Shown here one piece after another: positions 30,800-40,077 of a stretch of DNA of 64,000 bases; the stretch's first letter is position 1; the number at the start of each line of letters is the position of its first letter. This DNA is from Elusimicrobiota bacterium (GTDB lineage: Bacteria > Elusimicrobiota > Elusimicrobia > UBA1565), in the NCBI GenBank assembly GCA_016196755.1, contig JACPXC010000010.1:7802-71801 (forward strand). Reading direction: 5' to 3'. A program made the position numbers and the translations under genes. Below the pieces are notes generated by a model. It was not told the DNA's origin. It ran no database searches and worked only from the letters and a program-made list of their open reading frames with translations.

Positions 30800-31356
30800 A
30801 AGTTCTTGATGATCCAGCGCGCGGCGGCCAGGACGTCGCGGCGGACGGCGGCGGGTTTGAAGGGGGCGCAATGGGGGCGCTCGTGGCGGCCGTGGCCGGT
30901 CAGGACCAGGACGCCGGGCACGCCCAGCGCGCGGGCCAGTCCCAGGTCCGCGCGCTTGTCCCCTATGACGGCGGCGCGCGCCAGCGAGAGGTCCAGCTCG
31001 CGCGCGGCGCGCCGGGCCAAGAGCGCCTTGGGCTTGCGGCAGCCGCAGCGGCGCTCGGGGCGGTGGGGGCAGAAGTAGATGCCGTCGAGCCGGGCGCCGC
31101 CCGCGGCCAGCTGGCGGCGCAGGCGGGCGTGGATGCGCCCCAGGGTGGCGGGGGTCAGGTAGCCGCGGCCGAGGCCGGACTGGTTGCTGACCACCACCAG
31201 GCGGAAGCCCGCCGCGCGCAGCAGGCGCAGGGCCGGCGCGGCCTTGCGGTAGACCCGCATCTCCGAGGGCTTGGTCAGATACCAGCCGGGCCGGTCGGGA
31301 TTGAGGGTGCCGTCGCGGTCGAGGAACACGACAGGTCGGAGGGAGGGGCGGGTCAT
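30796..31356 (-). CDS. gmhB: D-glycero-D-manno-heptose 1,7-bisphosphate phosphatase (HAD-IIIA)
   Basis: VFLDRDGTLN motif I, VVSNQSG motif II, CxxRxPxxxC zinc motif (CPHRPERRCGCRKP). 186 aa. Confidence 0.85.
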   Translation of the reverse strand: MTRPSLRPVVFLDRDGTLNPDRPGWYLTKPSEMRVYRKAAPALRLLRAAGFRLVVVSNQSGLGRGYLTPATLGRIHARLRRQLAAGGARLDGIYFCPHRPERRCGCRKPKALLARRAARELDLSLARAAVIGDKRADLGLARALGVPGVLVLTGHGRHERPHCAPFKPAAVRRDVLAAARWIIKNL

Positions 31357-32474
31357 TCGGGCTCCGCCTCGGCCTCGGGCTCCGGGCCGTCCTTCTCGGC
31401 CGTGCCGCAGACCACGGCGTCCCAGCGCGCGCGTCCCTTCACGATGTCGAGCCGCACGCCCAGGGCGTAGACCTCGCCGACCAGGAGGCGCTGCCAGCCT
31501 TCAGGCAGACGCGGCAGGTCCTTGAAGGTGGTGATCAGCGGCAAACCGCCGCGGACCGACTCGATCGAGGAGAGCTCGAGGGCGGTGTAGGGGTGATGGT
31601 CGGGATAGCGCCAGGTCTGGACGATATCGGCCCCGGCCCTGCGCACTTCCGACTCGAAGGAGGCGGGAGAGCCGATGCCGCTCAGGCAGACCACGCGGCG
31701 GTCCTTGAGCCAGCGCAGGCCGTGCCGGCCGTCGCCCTTGAGGTCGTAGAGCCCCTCGGCCTTATGCACGGCCTCCGCCACCGGCAGCTCGGGGCTGACG
31801 GCGGCGATCGCCGCGCGGAGCTCCTCGAGACGGCCGGCCGGGGCCAGGTCGGAATGGGTGATCACGGCCAGCGCGGCGCGGCCCAGGGCGGAGAACGGCT
31901 CGCGCAGGTCCCCGGCCGGCAGCAGCCGCCCGCCGCCGAAGGGGTCGAGGGCGCTGAGCAGGACCACGTCGGCGTCGCGGGCCAGGCGGCGGTGCGAGAA
32001 GCCGTCGTCGAGCACGAGCACGTCGGGCTCGTAGTATTCCATCGCGGTGTTGGCCGCGGCGACGCGGTCGGGGGAGACCAGGATGGGCACCCCGAGGCCC
32101 TTGAGGGCGCGGTGCATCATCCACGGCTCGTCGCCGGTCTCCTGCCAGGGCACCTCGCGCTGGTCCAGGAGGACCTGCACGTCGCGCCCGCGGCGGCTGC
32201 GGCCGTAGCCGCGGCTCAGGATGGCGGGCTTGAGGCCGCGCTTGCGCAGGGTCTGGGCCGCCAGCAGGACGGCCGGGGTCTTGCCGGTGCCGCCCACGGT
32301 CAGGTTCCCGATGCAGACCGTGCGCCGCGCCACGCGGCGCCCGCGCAGCAGGCCCAGGGAGTAGGCGCCGTTGCGCAGCCAGACCACGGCGCCGTATACC
32401 CAGGAGAGCAGGACGAGGGCGGCGCGGCCCCACCAGGCCTGGCGCAGGCGCTCGCGCCGCGCCGCCGCGCTCAC
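31353..32474 (-). CDS. lpxK: Tetraacyldisaccharide 4'-kinase
   Basis: P-loop [12 protein letters not shown]; LpxK family body. GTG start overlaps the upstream stop (GTGA). Track ORFs 31353..33680 and 31762..32433 are artefacts. Confidence 0.8.
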   Translation of the reverse strand: MSAAARRERLRQAWWGRAALVLLSWVYGAVVWLRNGAYSLGLLRGRRVARRTVCIGNLTVGGTGKTPAVLLAAQTLRKRGLKPAILSRGYGRSRRGRDVQVLLDQREVPWQETGDEPWMMHRALKGLGVPILVSPDRVAAANTAMEYYEPDVLVLDDGFSHRRLARDADVVLLSALDPFGGGRLLPAGDLREPFSALGRAALAVITHSDLAPAGRLEELRAAIAAVSPELPVAEAVHKAEGLYDLKGDGRHGLRWLKDRRVVCLSGIGSPASFESEVRRAGADIVQTWRYPDHHPYTALELSSIESVRGGLPLITTFKDLPRLPEGWQRLLVGEVYALGVRLDIVKGRARWDAVVCGTAEKDGPEPEAEAEPE

Positions 32475-33508
32475 GACGGCCTCGCGGTCAGGCTCAGGAC
32501 CTTCTCGCAGGCCGCGAAGACCCTCTCGGCCTCGAGGTCGCGCAGGCACTCGAGCTGGGTCGGACAGGAGTTCGAGCGGCAGCCGATGCAGGCCAGCTCC
32601 TCGCGGCGCACGACGGCGTGCAGCGGGGAGTCCGGCGGGTTCCAGGCCGCCGGGTCGCTCGAGCCGTGGACGGTCACCGTCGGCACCGAGCGCGCGGTGG
32701 CGATGTGGCGGGGACCGCTGCAGTTGGTCACGACCAGGCCGCAGCGGCCGATGAGCGCCGCCAGCTGGCGGATCGAGCGGGTCTCGGGGGAGAGGTGGGC
32801 GGCCGTGCCGATGCCGTCGCGCACCTCGCGCGCCAGCGCCTCCTCGCCCGGCCCCCAGAAGACCAGGAGCCGCGCGCCCAGCTTGTCGCGCAGCAGGCGC
32901 CCCAGCGCCGCATAGCGCGCGGCGGGCCAGCGCCGGGTCTCGCGCCGCGAGGCGGGGACGAGCCCGACCAGGAGGCCGCCGGGCAGGCGCAGGCGGCGGG
33001 TGGCCGCGTTGGCGAACTCCTCGGAGTCGGGGTCCGCGCTCATGCGCGGCAGATAGTCCCCGGCGTCCGCGTCGAGGCCGAGCGAGCGCAGCATCAGGAT
33101 CTTCTCGAGCGCGCTGTAGCGCGCCCGGTCGGCGGACTGCGTCATCGGATGGGTGTAGGCCCAGCGGTGGGAGACGTGACCGGGGCCGGCGCGGACCGGG
33201 GCGCGGCTGGCCGCGGTCAACGCCGCGGTGCGCGGGTTGCCCATGAAGTCGATGACCCAATCGTAGCCGGCGCGGTTCACTCGGAAAAGCCAGTATAGAT
33301 AATTGGCCGGGGCCGACCCGTAAAGCAGGACCCGGGTCAGGTCGGGATTGCCGTGCAGGACCTCGTGGCAGGGCGGCTCGACGAGAAAGTCCAGCTCGGC
33401 GGCGGGGTGGAGCTTGCGCAGGGCGCGGACGGCCGGCGTGGTGAGGATGACGTCGCCCACGCGGCGCAGCATGATGACGAGGATCCGGCGCGGGGCGGGG
33501 AGGCTCAT
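32471..33508 (-). CDS. ADP-heptose:LPS heptosyltransferase (GT9; WaaC/WaaF-like)
   Basis: RILVIMLRRVGDVILTTPAVRAL N-terminus. C-terminal GT9 motifs (LVVTNCSGPRHIATARSVPTVTVHG). ATG at 33508 overlaps the upstream stop. Confidence 0.8.
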   Translation of the reverse strand: MSLPAPRRILVIMLRRVGDVILTTPAVRALRKLHPAAELDFLVEPPCHEVLHGNPDLTRVLLYGSAPANYLYWLFRVNRAGYDWVIDFMGNPRTAALTAASRAPVRAGPGHVSHRWAYTHPMTQSADRARYSALEKILMLRSLGLDADAGDYLPRMSADPDSEEFANAATRRLRLPGGLLVGLVPASRRETRRWPAARYAALGRLLRDKLGARLLVFWGPGEEALAREVRDGIGTAAHLSPETRSIRQLAALIGRCGLVVTNCSGPRHIATARSVPTVTVHGSSDPAAWNPPDSPLHAVVRREELACIGCRSNSCPTQLECLRDLEAERVFAACEKVLSLTARPS

Positions 33509-34299
33509 AGCCGGGCCCGTCCGCGCGAGAGGTTGAGGCGGAAATCCAGCATCCAGTCGTCGCGGCGTACGAGCAGGCGCTTGAGCGGCCCGGCGGCACG
33601 CGTCCAGGCGCGCGGCGCAAGGCCCTGCTTGACCCCGTAGTCGCAGGAGTAGCCGGCGGCGTAGACGGCGGCGCGCACACGCTCGTCGTAGGCGCCCGCC
33701 CCGAACGGGTAGGCGAAGGCTGCGGCGCGCCGTCCCAGCTCGGCCTCGATGCGGCGTTTCGACTCGGTCAGCTCCCAGGCTAGCGCCTGGTCGTCGAGCG
33801 CGCGAAGGTCCGGATGGGACATGGTATGGGAGCCGAAGTCCACCAGCCCCGAGTCCGCCAGGGTACGGGCCTGCTCCCAGCTCAGCGTCCTCTGCCAGGG
33901 CTCGACGGCCGGGTCCTCCCAGCCGTTGCGGCGTCCCATCCAATCGGCCACCAGGAAGATCGTCGACTTCACGCCCAGCGCCTTCATGACCGGGAAGGCG
34001 TTCTCGAGGTTGTCGGCGGTGCCGTCGTCGAACGTGACGACGGCGGGCTTGGCCGGCAGAGAGTCGGGGTCGGCGAGCTGGGCGGCGAATACGGGCTGGT
34101 ACCCCGCGGCCAGCAGGTGCTCGAGCTGGGCGCGGAAGTCCGCGACCCGGACCCAGAGCTTCCCCAAGCGGCTGCGCGCCGGAGGATCGCCCACGCGGTG
34201 GTACATGAGGCCCGGGATGCCGTCCGCCTTGGGGCGCCACCAGTTCCAACGCGCCGAGAAGCCGGCGGCAGCCGCGGCGCCAAGCAGGAGTCCGGTCAC
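33505..34299 (-). CDS. Polysaccharide deacetylase (NodB/CE4 family), N-terminal TM anchor
   Basis: NodB motifs (VVTFDDG; HTMSHPDL). GTG at 34299 overlaps the GT2 stop (GTGA). Confidence 0.75.
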   Translation of the reverse strand: MTGLLLGAAAAAGFSARWNWWRPKADGIPGLMYHRVGDPPARSRLGKLWVRVADFRAQLEHLLAAGYQPVFAAQLADPDSLPAKPAVVTFDDGTADNLENAFPVMKALGVKSTIFLVADWMGRRNGWEDPAVEPWQRTLSWEQARTLADSGLVDFGSHTMSHPDLRALDDQALAWELTESKRRIEAELGRRAAAFAYPFGAGAYDERVRAAVYAAGYSCDYGVKQGLAPRAWTRAAGPLKRLLVRRDDWMLDFRLNLSRGRARL

Positions 34300-35054
34300 G
34301 GCCCGAGCTCGGCCAGGCGCGCGTACTTGAGCCAGGTGTGGAAGGCGGAGAGCCCGGCCCAGGTGACGCCCGGCCGGCCGTCCAGGATGCCGCCCTTGAG
34401 GACGAGCCGCGCGAAGAGCTCCCAAAACGGGCGGAGGTGGTCGGTCCAACAGGCGCGGCGGCCCGCCTCGTGACGACGGCGCGCGGCGCGCTCGGTGTAG
34501 CGCTCCATCTTCTCGATGTACTCGCCGAGGTCCCGGTAGGGGACGTGGCGGACCGGGGCGCGAAGGCGCCCTACCGGCCCGTCGAGCGAGACCCCCTCGT
34601 GGACGTGATTGCCGCCGAAGCCGCCCTTTTCGCGCTTGAACAGCCGAAGGTGGCGCTCCCCGCCCAGCCCGCCCCAGCGCAGGACGCGGCCCATGAACTC
34701 GACCTCGAACGGAAGCGTGAAGCCGGCCCGGTCGCGGGGGTCGTAGACCGCCGCGGCCACTTCGGCGGCCAGCTCCGGGCTCAGGCGCTCGTCGGCGTCG
34801 AGCGAGAGCACCCACTCCCCGGCGGCCAGATCGACGCACGCCTGCTTCTGCACGGCGAAGTCGTCGAAGCGCCGGCGCGCGGTCCGCGCGCCCCAGGCCT
34901 CGGCCAGGCGGCGCGTCCCGTCGGCCGACTCGCTGTCGAGCACGACCGCCTCGAAGCCGGGGGCCAGCGCCGCGCGCAGCGGCTCCAGGCTGGCCAACAG
35001 GGCCGGAAGGTCGCGCTCCTCGTCCTTGGCGATGACGCAGACGCTGAGCTTCAC
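34296..35054 (-). CDS. Family 2 glycosyltransferase (LPS core-type, WaaE/KdtX-like)
   Basis: LSVCVIAKDEERDL...VVLDSESAD...SLDADE (DxD). 252 aa. Confidence 0.75.
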   Translation of the reverse strand: MKLSVCVIAKDEERDLPALLASLEPLRAALAPGFEAVVLDSESADGTRRLAEAWGARTARRRFDDFAVQKQACVDLAAGEWVLSLDADERLSPELAAEVAAAVYDPRDRAGFTLPFEVEFMGRVLRWGGLGGERHLRLFKREKGGFGGNHVHEGVSLDGPVGRLRAPVRHVPYRDLGEYIEKMERYTERAARRRHEAGRRACWTDHLRPFWELFARLVLKGGILDGRPGVTWAGLSAFHTWLKYARLAELGP

Positions 35055-36175
35055 GCGGCGGCCTCGAGCAGGCGGCGGTCGACGGCCAGCGCCGCGTCCC
35101 CGGTGGCGGCCAGGCTAAAGCGCGTAAGCGAGCGCGCGGCCGCGGCCGCCCGCGAGCCGGCCTCGGCGGGGCCGTCCAGCGCGGCGAGCAGGGCGGACGC
35201 CAGGGCGGCCGGGTCGCGCGGCGGCACCAGCCAGGCGCTGTGCCCGTCCTTGGCCACCTCGGGGATGCCTCCCGCCGTCGTCGCCACGATCGGCACGCGG
35301 CAGGCCATGGCCTCGAGCAGGACCGAGCCCAGGCCCTCGCCCCACGACGGCTGGCAGTAGACGTCGAGCGCCTGCAGCCAGGGGCGCGGGTCCTCCTGGT
35401 GCCCCGGGAAGCGCACCGCGCCGCGCACGCCCAGCGAGTCGGCCAAGGCCTCGAGTTCGGGGCGGAGGGGGCCGTCGCCGACGATCAGGAAGCGGGTCTT
35501 CGGACGCCGGGCCACGACGGCTGGGACGGCGCGCAGGAGGTTGGGCTGGTCCTTGTGCGGGACCATGGCGGCGAGGTTCCCGACCCACTCGTGCCGGGGA
35601 TCGAGGCCAAGGCGCGCGCGAAGCGCCCCGCGGTCCGCGCTCGGCCCCCACGGTTCGGCCGCGCCGACCAGCCCGGCCTCCTCCGCTCCCAACGGCAGGG
35701 AGTCCGGGATGACGTCGACGCGCCTCGCCTCCACGCCGTCCTCGGCCAGGATGTCCTTGATGGCCTTGGAGACGGCGATGAAGGCTCCGGCCGAGCCGTA
35801 TTTGAGGCCCGGCCCCAGCGCGCCGCGCAGGCGGAAGTCGACGCGCCGGTGCGCCACCCAGGCCGGGCCGCCGAGGCGGCGCGCCAGCGAGGCTAGCCCG
35901 GCCCCGTGCGCGGTGTGCGCGTGCAGGACGGCGCCGGGCATCGCGGCGGCCCGAGCCAGGCGCCAGGCCGAGACCGGGTCCCACTCGCTGACGAACGGCA
36001 GGTTCATGACCGAGAAGCCCAGCGCCCGCGCCCTGGCTTGGAGCGGCGCGCCGCTGCGGCAGACCACGACGTTGTCGTGACCGCGCCGCCGGGCATGGGC
36101 GGCCAGGTAGAGGAGCTGGCGCTCCCCGCCGCGGAAGCCGCGCTCGCTATCGAGATGGAACAGGGTGTAGGGCAT
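35051..36175 (-). CDS. Family 4 glycosyltransferase (GT4, LPS core/outer-core type)
   Basis: C-terminal GT4 E-x7-E region (PSWGEGLGSVLLEAMACRVPIVATTAGGIPEV). ATG at 36175. The longer track ORF is an artefact. Confidence 0.75.
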   Translation of the reverse strand: MPYTLFHLDSERGFRGGERQLLYLAAHARRRGHDNVVVCRSGAPLQARARALGFSVMNLPFVSEWDPVSAWRLARAAAMPGAVLHAHTAHGAGLASLARRLGGPAWVAHRRVDFRLRGALGPGLKYGSAGAFIAVSKAIKDILAEDGVEARRVDVIPDSLPLGAEEAGLVGAAEPWGPSADRGALRARLGLDPRHEWVGNLAAMVPHKDQPNLLRAVPAVVARRPKTRFLIVGDGPLRPELEALADSLGVRGAVRFPGHQEDPRPWLQALDVYCQPSWGEGLGSVLLEAMACRVPIVATTAGGIPEVAKDGHSAWLVPPRDPAALASALLAALDGPAEAGSRAAAAARSLTRFSLAATGDAALAVDRRLLEAAA

Positions 36176-37211
36176 CGGTGTAGGCGCGTTCGGTGGCGTC
36201 GAGGAAGGTCTCGAGCCGGAAGAGTTCCTCCCAGCGGCGGCGCGCGGCCCGCCCCTGGCGCTCGCGCAGAAGGGGGTCGTCGCCGAGCTCGAGCAGGGCG
36301 GCGGCCAGCGCCGCGGCGTCGCCGGGCGGGACCAGGCGGCCGGTGACGCCGTCGGACACGTACTCGGGCAGGCAGCCCACCGCGGCGGCGATGACCGGGC
36401 GGCCCAGGGCCATCCACTCGACGGCCGCGCGCGACACCGCCTCCGAGCCCAGCGAGGCGACCACACCGGCATGGCAGCGCCGCATGTACTCGAAGGCGTC
36501 CGGGACGTGGCCTTCGAAACTGACGCGGTCGGCGATCCCCAGGACGGCGGCCCGCTCGAGCAGTTCGCGGGCGGTGAGGTTCTCCGTCCGGCCGACCACC
36601 GTGAGCCGCAGTTCCGGACGCTTTTTGGCGGCCAAGGCCAGGGCCTCGAGCAGGACGGCGTGGCCCTTGACCGGGTCGAGCCGTGCGACGATGCCGAACA
36701 CGGCGGAGCCGCCGGGCGGGGGGACGACCGGCCCGGGGTCGGAGAGCCCTTCGTAGACGACCGACCCCGGGACTCCGAACGTCGAAAAGCGCTCATCGAA
36801 CTCCTTGAGGATTCTGCGGTTGGCGGCGATGAAGCCTCGAGTGCGCGACCAGACCAGGCCCGCGCCGGGCCGGCGCTTGAGGGCACGGGAATCGCCGCGG
36901 GTGCGCACCACGGCCGGGCCGGAGCGCCCGCAGAGGAAGGCGGCCAAGGTCTGCGCCGAGCCGGTATGGGCGACCATGAGCTCGGGCTTGAAGGCCTCCA
37001 GGGCGCGGCGCAGGGCCGCCAGCTCGAGCCAAGGCTGGCGGAAGCCCAGGGTCTCGAGCCCCGCGCGGCGGGCGGCTTCGAGCGGCGCCGCGCCGGCCAG
37101 GCCCCAAAACTCGACGGCATGCCCGCGGCCCGCCAGGCCGGCGGCGGCGCGCACGGCGTACTGGGTCAAGCCGCTGTCGTAGGGCTCGTCGTCTAGGTGG
37201 ACGATCCTCAC
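36147..37211 (-). CDS. Family 4 glycosyltransferase (GT4)
   Basis: GT4 motifs (ASLGSEAVSRAAVEWMALGRPVIAAAVGCLPEYV). GTG at 37211 overlaps the upstream stop (GTGA). Confidence 0.75.
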   Translation of the reverse strand: MRIVHLDDEPYDSGLTQYAVRAAAGLAGRGHAVEFWGLAGAAPLEAARRAGLETLGFRQPWLELAALRRALEAFKPELMVAHTGSAQTLAAFLCGRSGPAVVRTRGDSRALKRRPGAGLVWSRTRGFIAANRRILKEFDERFSTFGVPGSVVYEGLSDPGPVVPPPGGSAVFGIVARLDPVKGHAVLLEALALAAKKRPELRLTVVGRTENLTARELLERAAVLGIADRVSFEGHVPDAFEYMRRCHAGVVASLGSEAVSRAAVEWMALGRPVIAAAVGCLPEYVSDGVTGRLVPPGDAAALAAALLELGDDPLLRERQGRAARRRWEELFRLETFLDATERAYTDALHPVPSR

Positions 37212-38740
37212 GCGGGCACCTTCCGTCTCAGCAGTCCCCGGGCCGCTTCGAACACCTGCTCCACGGTGATGAGGCGCATGCACAGGAAGTGCCCCTCGGG
37301 GCAGGCCTTGGCGCCGTGCAGGCCGCAGGGCCGGCAGGCCAGGTCGGCCTCGAGGACCTTGTGGCCGTCGCCGTAAGGAAAGAAGCCCAGCTCCTTGGTC
37401 GTCGGCCCGAAGAGGGCCAGCACCGGGACGCCGTGGGCGGCGGCCACGTGCATCGGGCCCGAGTCGTTGGTGACGAGGAGGTCGAGCTTTGCCGTCAGAG
37501 CCAGGAGCTCGGGCAAGGTGGTCCGCCCGGTCCAATCGAGGACGGGGACCCCGGCCGCGGCGGCGATGTCGGCCGAGAGCGCCTTGTCGCCCGGCCCGCC
37601 GAGAAGGACGACCTTGGCCGAGGCCTCTTTCGAGAGGCGGGAGGCCAAGGCCGCGAAGCGCTCGGGGAACCAGCGCTTGGTGGGCCAGATCGAACCGGGG
37701 TGCAGGCCGACGAGGGGAGAATCCCCGACGCCGGCCTCGGCCAGGCGCTTGTCGATGGCGGCGGCGGCGTCGCCCTCGCGGCCCTTGGTCAGGTAGAGCG
37801 AGTCGGCCGGACCGGCGCGCAGGCCGGGGGCCAGGGGGAGGAGCAGGGCCAGGTTCCGCTCGGCCTCGGGGGCGCCCCAGGGGAAGGCCACGGTCTCGTG
37901 GAACAGGAACGCGCCGGCGCTGGAGGAGAAGCCGATCCTCCGCGGGATGGCGGCCAGGCGGGCCAGGAGGGCGCTGCGGAAGCTCCGGTGGGCGACGAGG
38001 ACGAGGTCGAAGCCGCGTCCACGCAGCTCGCCGGCCGCCGACCAGAGACCGCCCAGGCCGCGGTGCCGGCCGCGCTTGTCGTCGACTAAGACCTCGTCGA
38101 CCTCGCGGCAGGCCTTAAAGACGTCGGCGGTATCGGGCCTGGTGAGGACGGTCAACCGACAGCCGGGGATGACTTCCTTGACGCGCTTGGCCATCGGCAA
38201 GGTCAGCAGGGCGTCGCCCAGAAACGAGGTCTGCATGACGAGGACGTTCTTGGCCGTCGGCGTGGGGCGATGGGTGTTCCCGGGGCCGTAGTCGCCGAGG
38301 TGGAGCTCGCGATGGACGACCGGGACGCCCCAGGCCGAGAGCGCTTCCAGGTAGCGCTCCAGGGTGTGCTTGGCCAGGGCGGGGGAGGACCAGCGGAAGA
38401 GGACGTAGAGGCGCCGGGCCAGGGCGTGCTTACGATAGGCGGCGATCTTGGGTATCCCGCTGAGCTTTCGGAGCAGGATGGTCCGGCCCGTGCCGTGGAG
38501 GTCCAGGAGGTGAGTGAAGCCGCGGTTCCGGATAATCTTCAAGGCTCCGAAAAACCCTGGAAAAGAAATCACTTCATCCACGAATGGATTGCCGGCCAAG
38601 ACCGCCGAGAACTGCGGCTTCACCATCACGCTGATGCGGCAGTCCGGCCAATGGGCCTTGAGGTTGCGGTAGATCGGGGCGGTCAGGACCACGTCTCCAA
38701 GGGAGGAGAGGCGCAAGACCAGGATGTTCGGGGCGGCCAC
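37208..38740 (-). CDS. GT9 heptosyltransferase with duplicated N-terminal Rossmann half (510 aa)
   Basis: Two GT9 N-domain signatures (ILVLRLSSLGDVVLTAPIYRNL... and VLVMQTSFLGDALLTLPMAKRV...). A single C-terminal GT9 domain (VTNDSGPMHVAAAHGVPVLALFGPT). Confidence 0.7.
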   Translation of the reverse strand: MAAPNILVLRLSSLGDVVLTAPIYRNLKAHWPDCRISVMVKPQFSAVLAGNPFVDEVISFPGFFGALKIIRNRGFTHLLDLHGTGRTILLRKLSGIPKIAAYRKHALARRLYVLFRWSSPALAKHTLERYLEALSAWGVPVVHRELHLGDYGPGNTHRPTPTAKNVLVMQTSFLGDALLTLPMAKRVKEVIPGCRLTVLTRPDTADVFKACREVDEVLVDDKRGRHRGLGGLWSAAGELRGRGFDLVLVAHRSFRSALLARLAAIPRRIGFSSSAGAFLFHETVAFPWGAPEAERNLALLLPLAPGLRAGPADSLYLTKGREGDAAAAIDKRLAEAGVGDSPLVGLHPGSIWPTKRWFPERFAALASRLSKEASAKVVLLGGPGDKALSADIAAAAGVPVLDWTGRTTLPELLALTAKLDLLVTNDSGPMHVAAAHGVPVLALFGPTTKELGFFPYGDGHKVLEADLACRPCGLHGAKACPEGHFLCMRLITVEQVFEAARGLLRRKVPA

Positions 38741-38874
38741 GGGCTATTATAGTAACTACCGACGAGGAGGGGCACCTTCGGTGGGGGCCCACGCTGAAGG
38801 CCGGCCCTAGGGCCTAGCTCCGCCGGGGACCCACGCCACTACCGCCGGAGCCGACGGCGACGCATCCTGACCTC

Positions 38875-40077
38875 ATGCGCCGAGCCCTTTTCATCGAGAC
38901 GAACTTCTCCGGGGTCGACGCCGTGCTCCGCTGCCGGGCGGCGAGGATCGAGCCCCTCCTCGTGACCGCCGGCCTGGCCGGCCTGGCCGACAAGCTCCCC
39001 GCGGGCAGTCTCGGTCGCCTGCGCGCCGCGGCGACGATCGTCCAGGTCCGGGACCCGCTCGACGAGGAGGCCCTAGCCCCGGTCGCGGCCCGCCTGCGGC
39101 CCGACGCGATCCTGAGCTTCTCTCAGGCGCACACCCTCGTCGCCGCTCGGCTGGCGCGCCGCCTGGGGCTGCGTGGAGCCGACCCCGCCGCGGTGGCCGC
39201 TCTCAACGACAAGTTCGCCATGCGCGGCGCCCTCGAGCGGCTGGGGCTCGAGTCGGTCCGGCGCCTCCTGGTGCGGCGTCCCGAAGAGCTCGACGGGGTG
39301 CCCCAGTCCGTGGGGTTCCCTTTCGTGGTCAAGCCCACCCGCGGCTTTGCCAGCGTGGGGGTGGCCGTTTGCCGTTCCCGGCGGGAGCTGGCGCGCCTGC
39401 GCCATACCCTCGCGCGGGAACTCCTGCCTTGGATCGCCGAGGAATACTTCGAGGGCCCGCTGGTCAGCGTCGAGACCCTGACCCTGGGGCGAGGCCGGCA
39501 CCAGGTCTGGGGCCTCTCGGACCGGGCCCTGACCCACGGGGTCGTCGAGGTAGGCTCATCGTTCCCGGTCCGTCCGCCCGGCTGGCGCGCGGCGGTGCGG
39601 CACACTCTGGCCTGCCTCGATGGGATCGGGTTCGACCTGGGCGCCGCGCACACCGAACTGATCCTGACCGCCTCCGGCCCGCGCATCGTCGAGATCAACG
39701 CCCGGGCCGGCGGCACCGGGCACACGCAGATGATCGACGCGGCCTCCGGCCGCTCGGTCTGCCTCGACGTCGTGCGCGCCCACCTCGGTCTTCCCGTCGA
39801 GCCCTGGACGCCTCCGGCACGGACGGCCTCCCGGTATTCGTTCTGGAGCGCGCGCAAAGGCGTGATCCGGGCCCTTCCGCGCGCGGCGACGGCGCGGCGC
39901 CTCGAGGGTTTCTCGGACATGTGGCTGTTCAAGCGCGAGGGCTCCTCGCACGAGGGGCTGCGCACGAATTTCGACCTGCTCGGGCAGATCCTCTGCGTCG
40001 GGCCCGATCTAAAGAGGGCCGCCGCGCTGGCACGCGTGGCGGCGCGGACTCTGCAGGGCGAGGTCCGGATCCAATGA
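38875..40077 (+). CDS. ATP-grasp domain protein (carboxylate-amine/L-amino-acid ligase-like)
   Basis: ATP-grasp fold motifs (FPFVVKPTRGFASVGVAV; EEYFEGPLVSVE; IVEINARAGG). 400 aa. Confidence 0.75.
   Translation: MRRALFIETNFSGVDAVLRCRAARIEPLLVTAGLAGLADKLPAGSLGRLRAAATIVQVRDPLDEEALAPVAARLRPDAILSFSQAHTLVAARLARRLGLRGADPAAVAALNDKFAMRGALERLGLESVRRLLVRRPEELDGVPQSVGFPFVVKPTRGFASVGVAVCRSRRELARLRHTLARELLPWIAEEYFEGPLVSVETLTLGRGRHQVWGLSDRALTHGVVEVGSSFPVRPPGWRAAVRHTLACLDGIGFDLGAAHTELILTASGPRIVEINARAGGTGHTQMIDAASGRSVCLDVVRAHLGLPVEPWTPPARTASRYSFWSARKGVIRALPRAATARRLEGFSDMWLFKREGSSHEGLRTNFDLLGQILCVGPDLKRAAALARVAARTLQGEVRIQ

Noticed and set aside
31353-34839. 775-, 592- and 444-aa track ORFs covering lpxK, heptosyltransferase and deacetylase
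   Set aside because: Each is the real gene plus a long stop-free upstream extension. True starts were placed at GTG/ATG codons overlapping the upstream stop where homology begins.
38741-38874. Possible riboswitch/leader upstream of the ATP-grasp gene
   Set aside because: Only a short CACC-ttc-GGTG hairpin and a TATTAT-like box are visible. No recognisable riboswitch consensus could be supported by eye.
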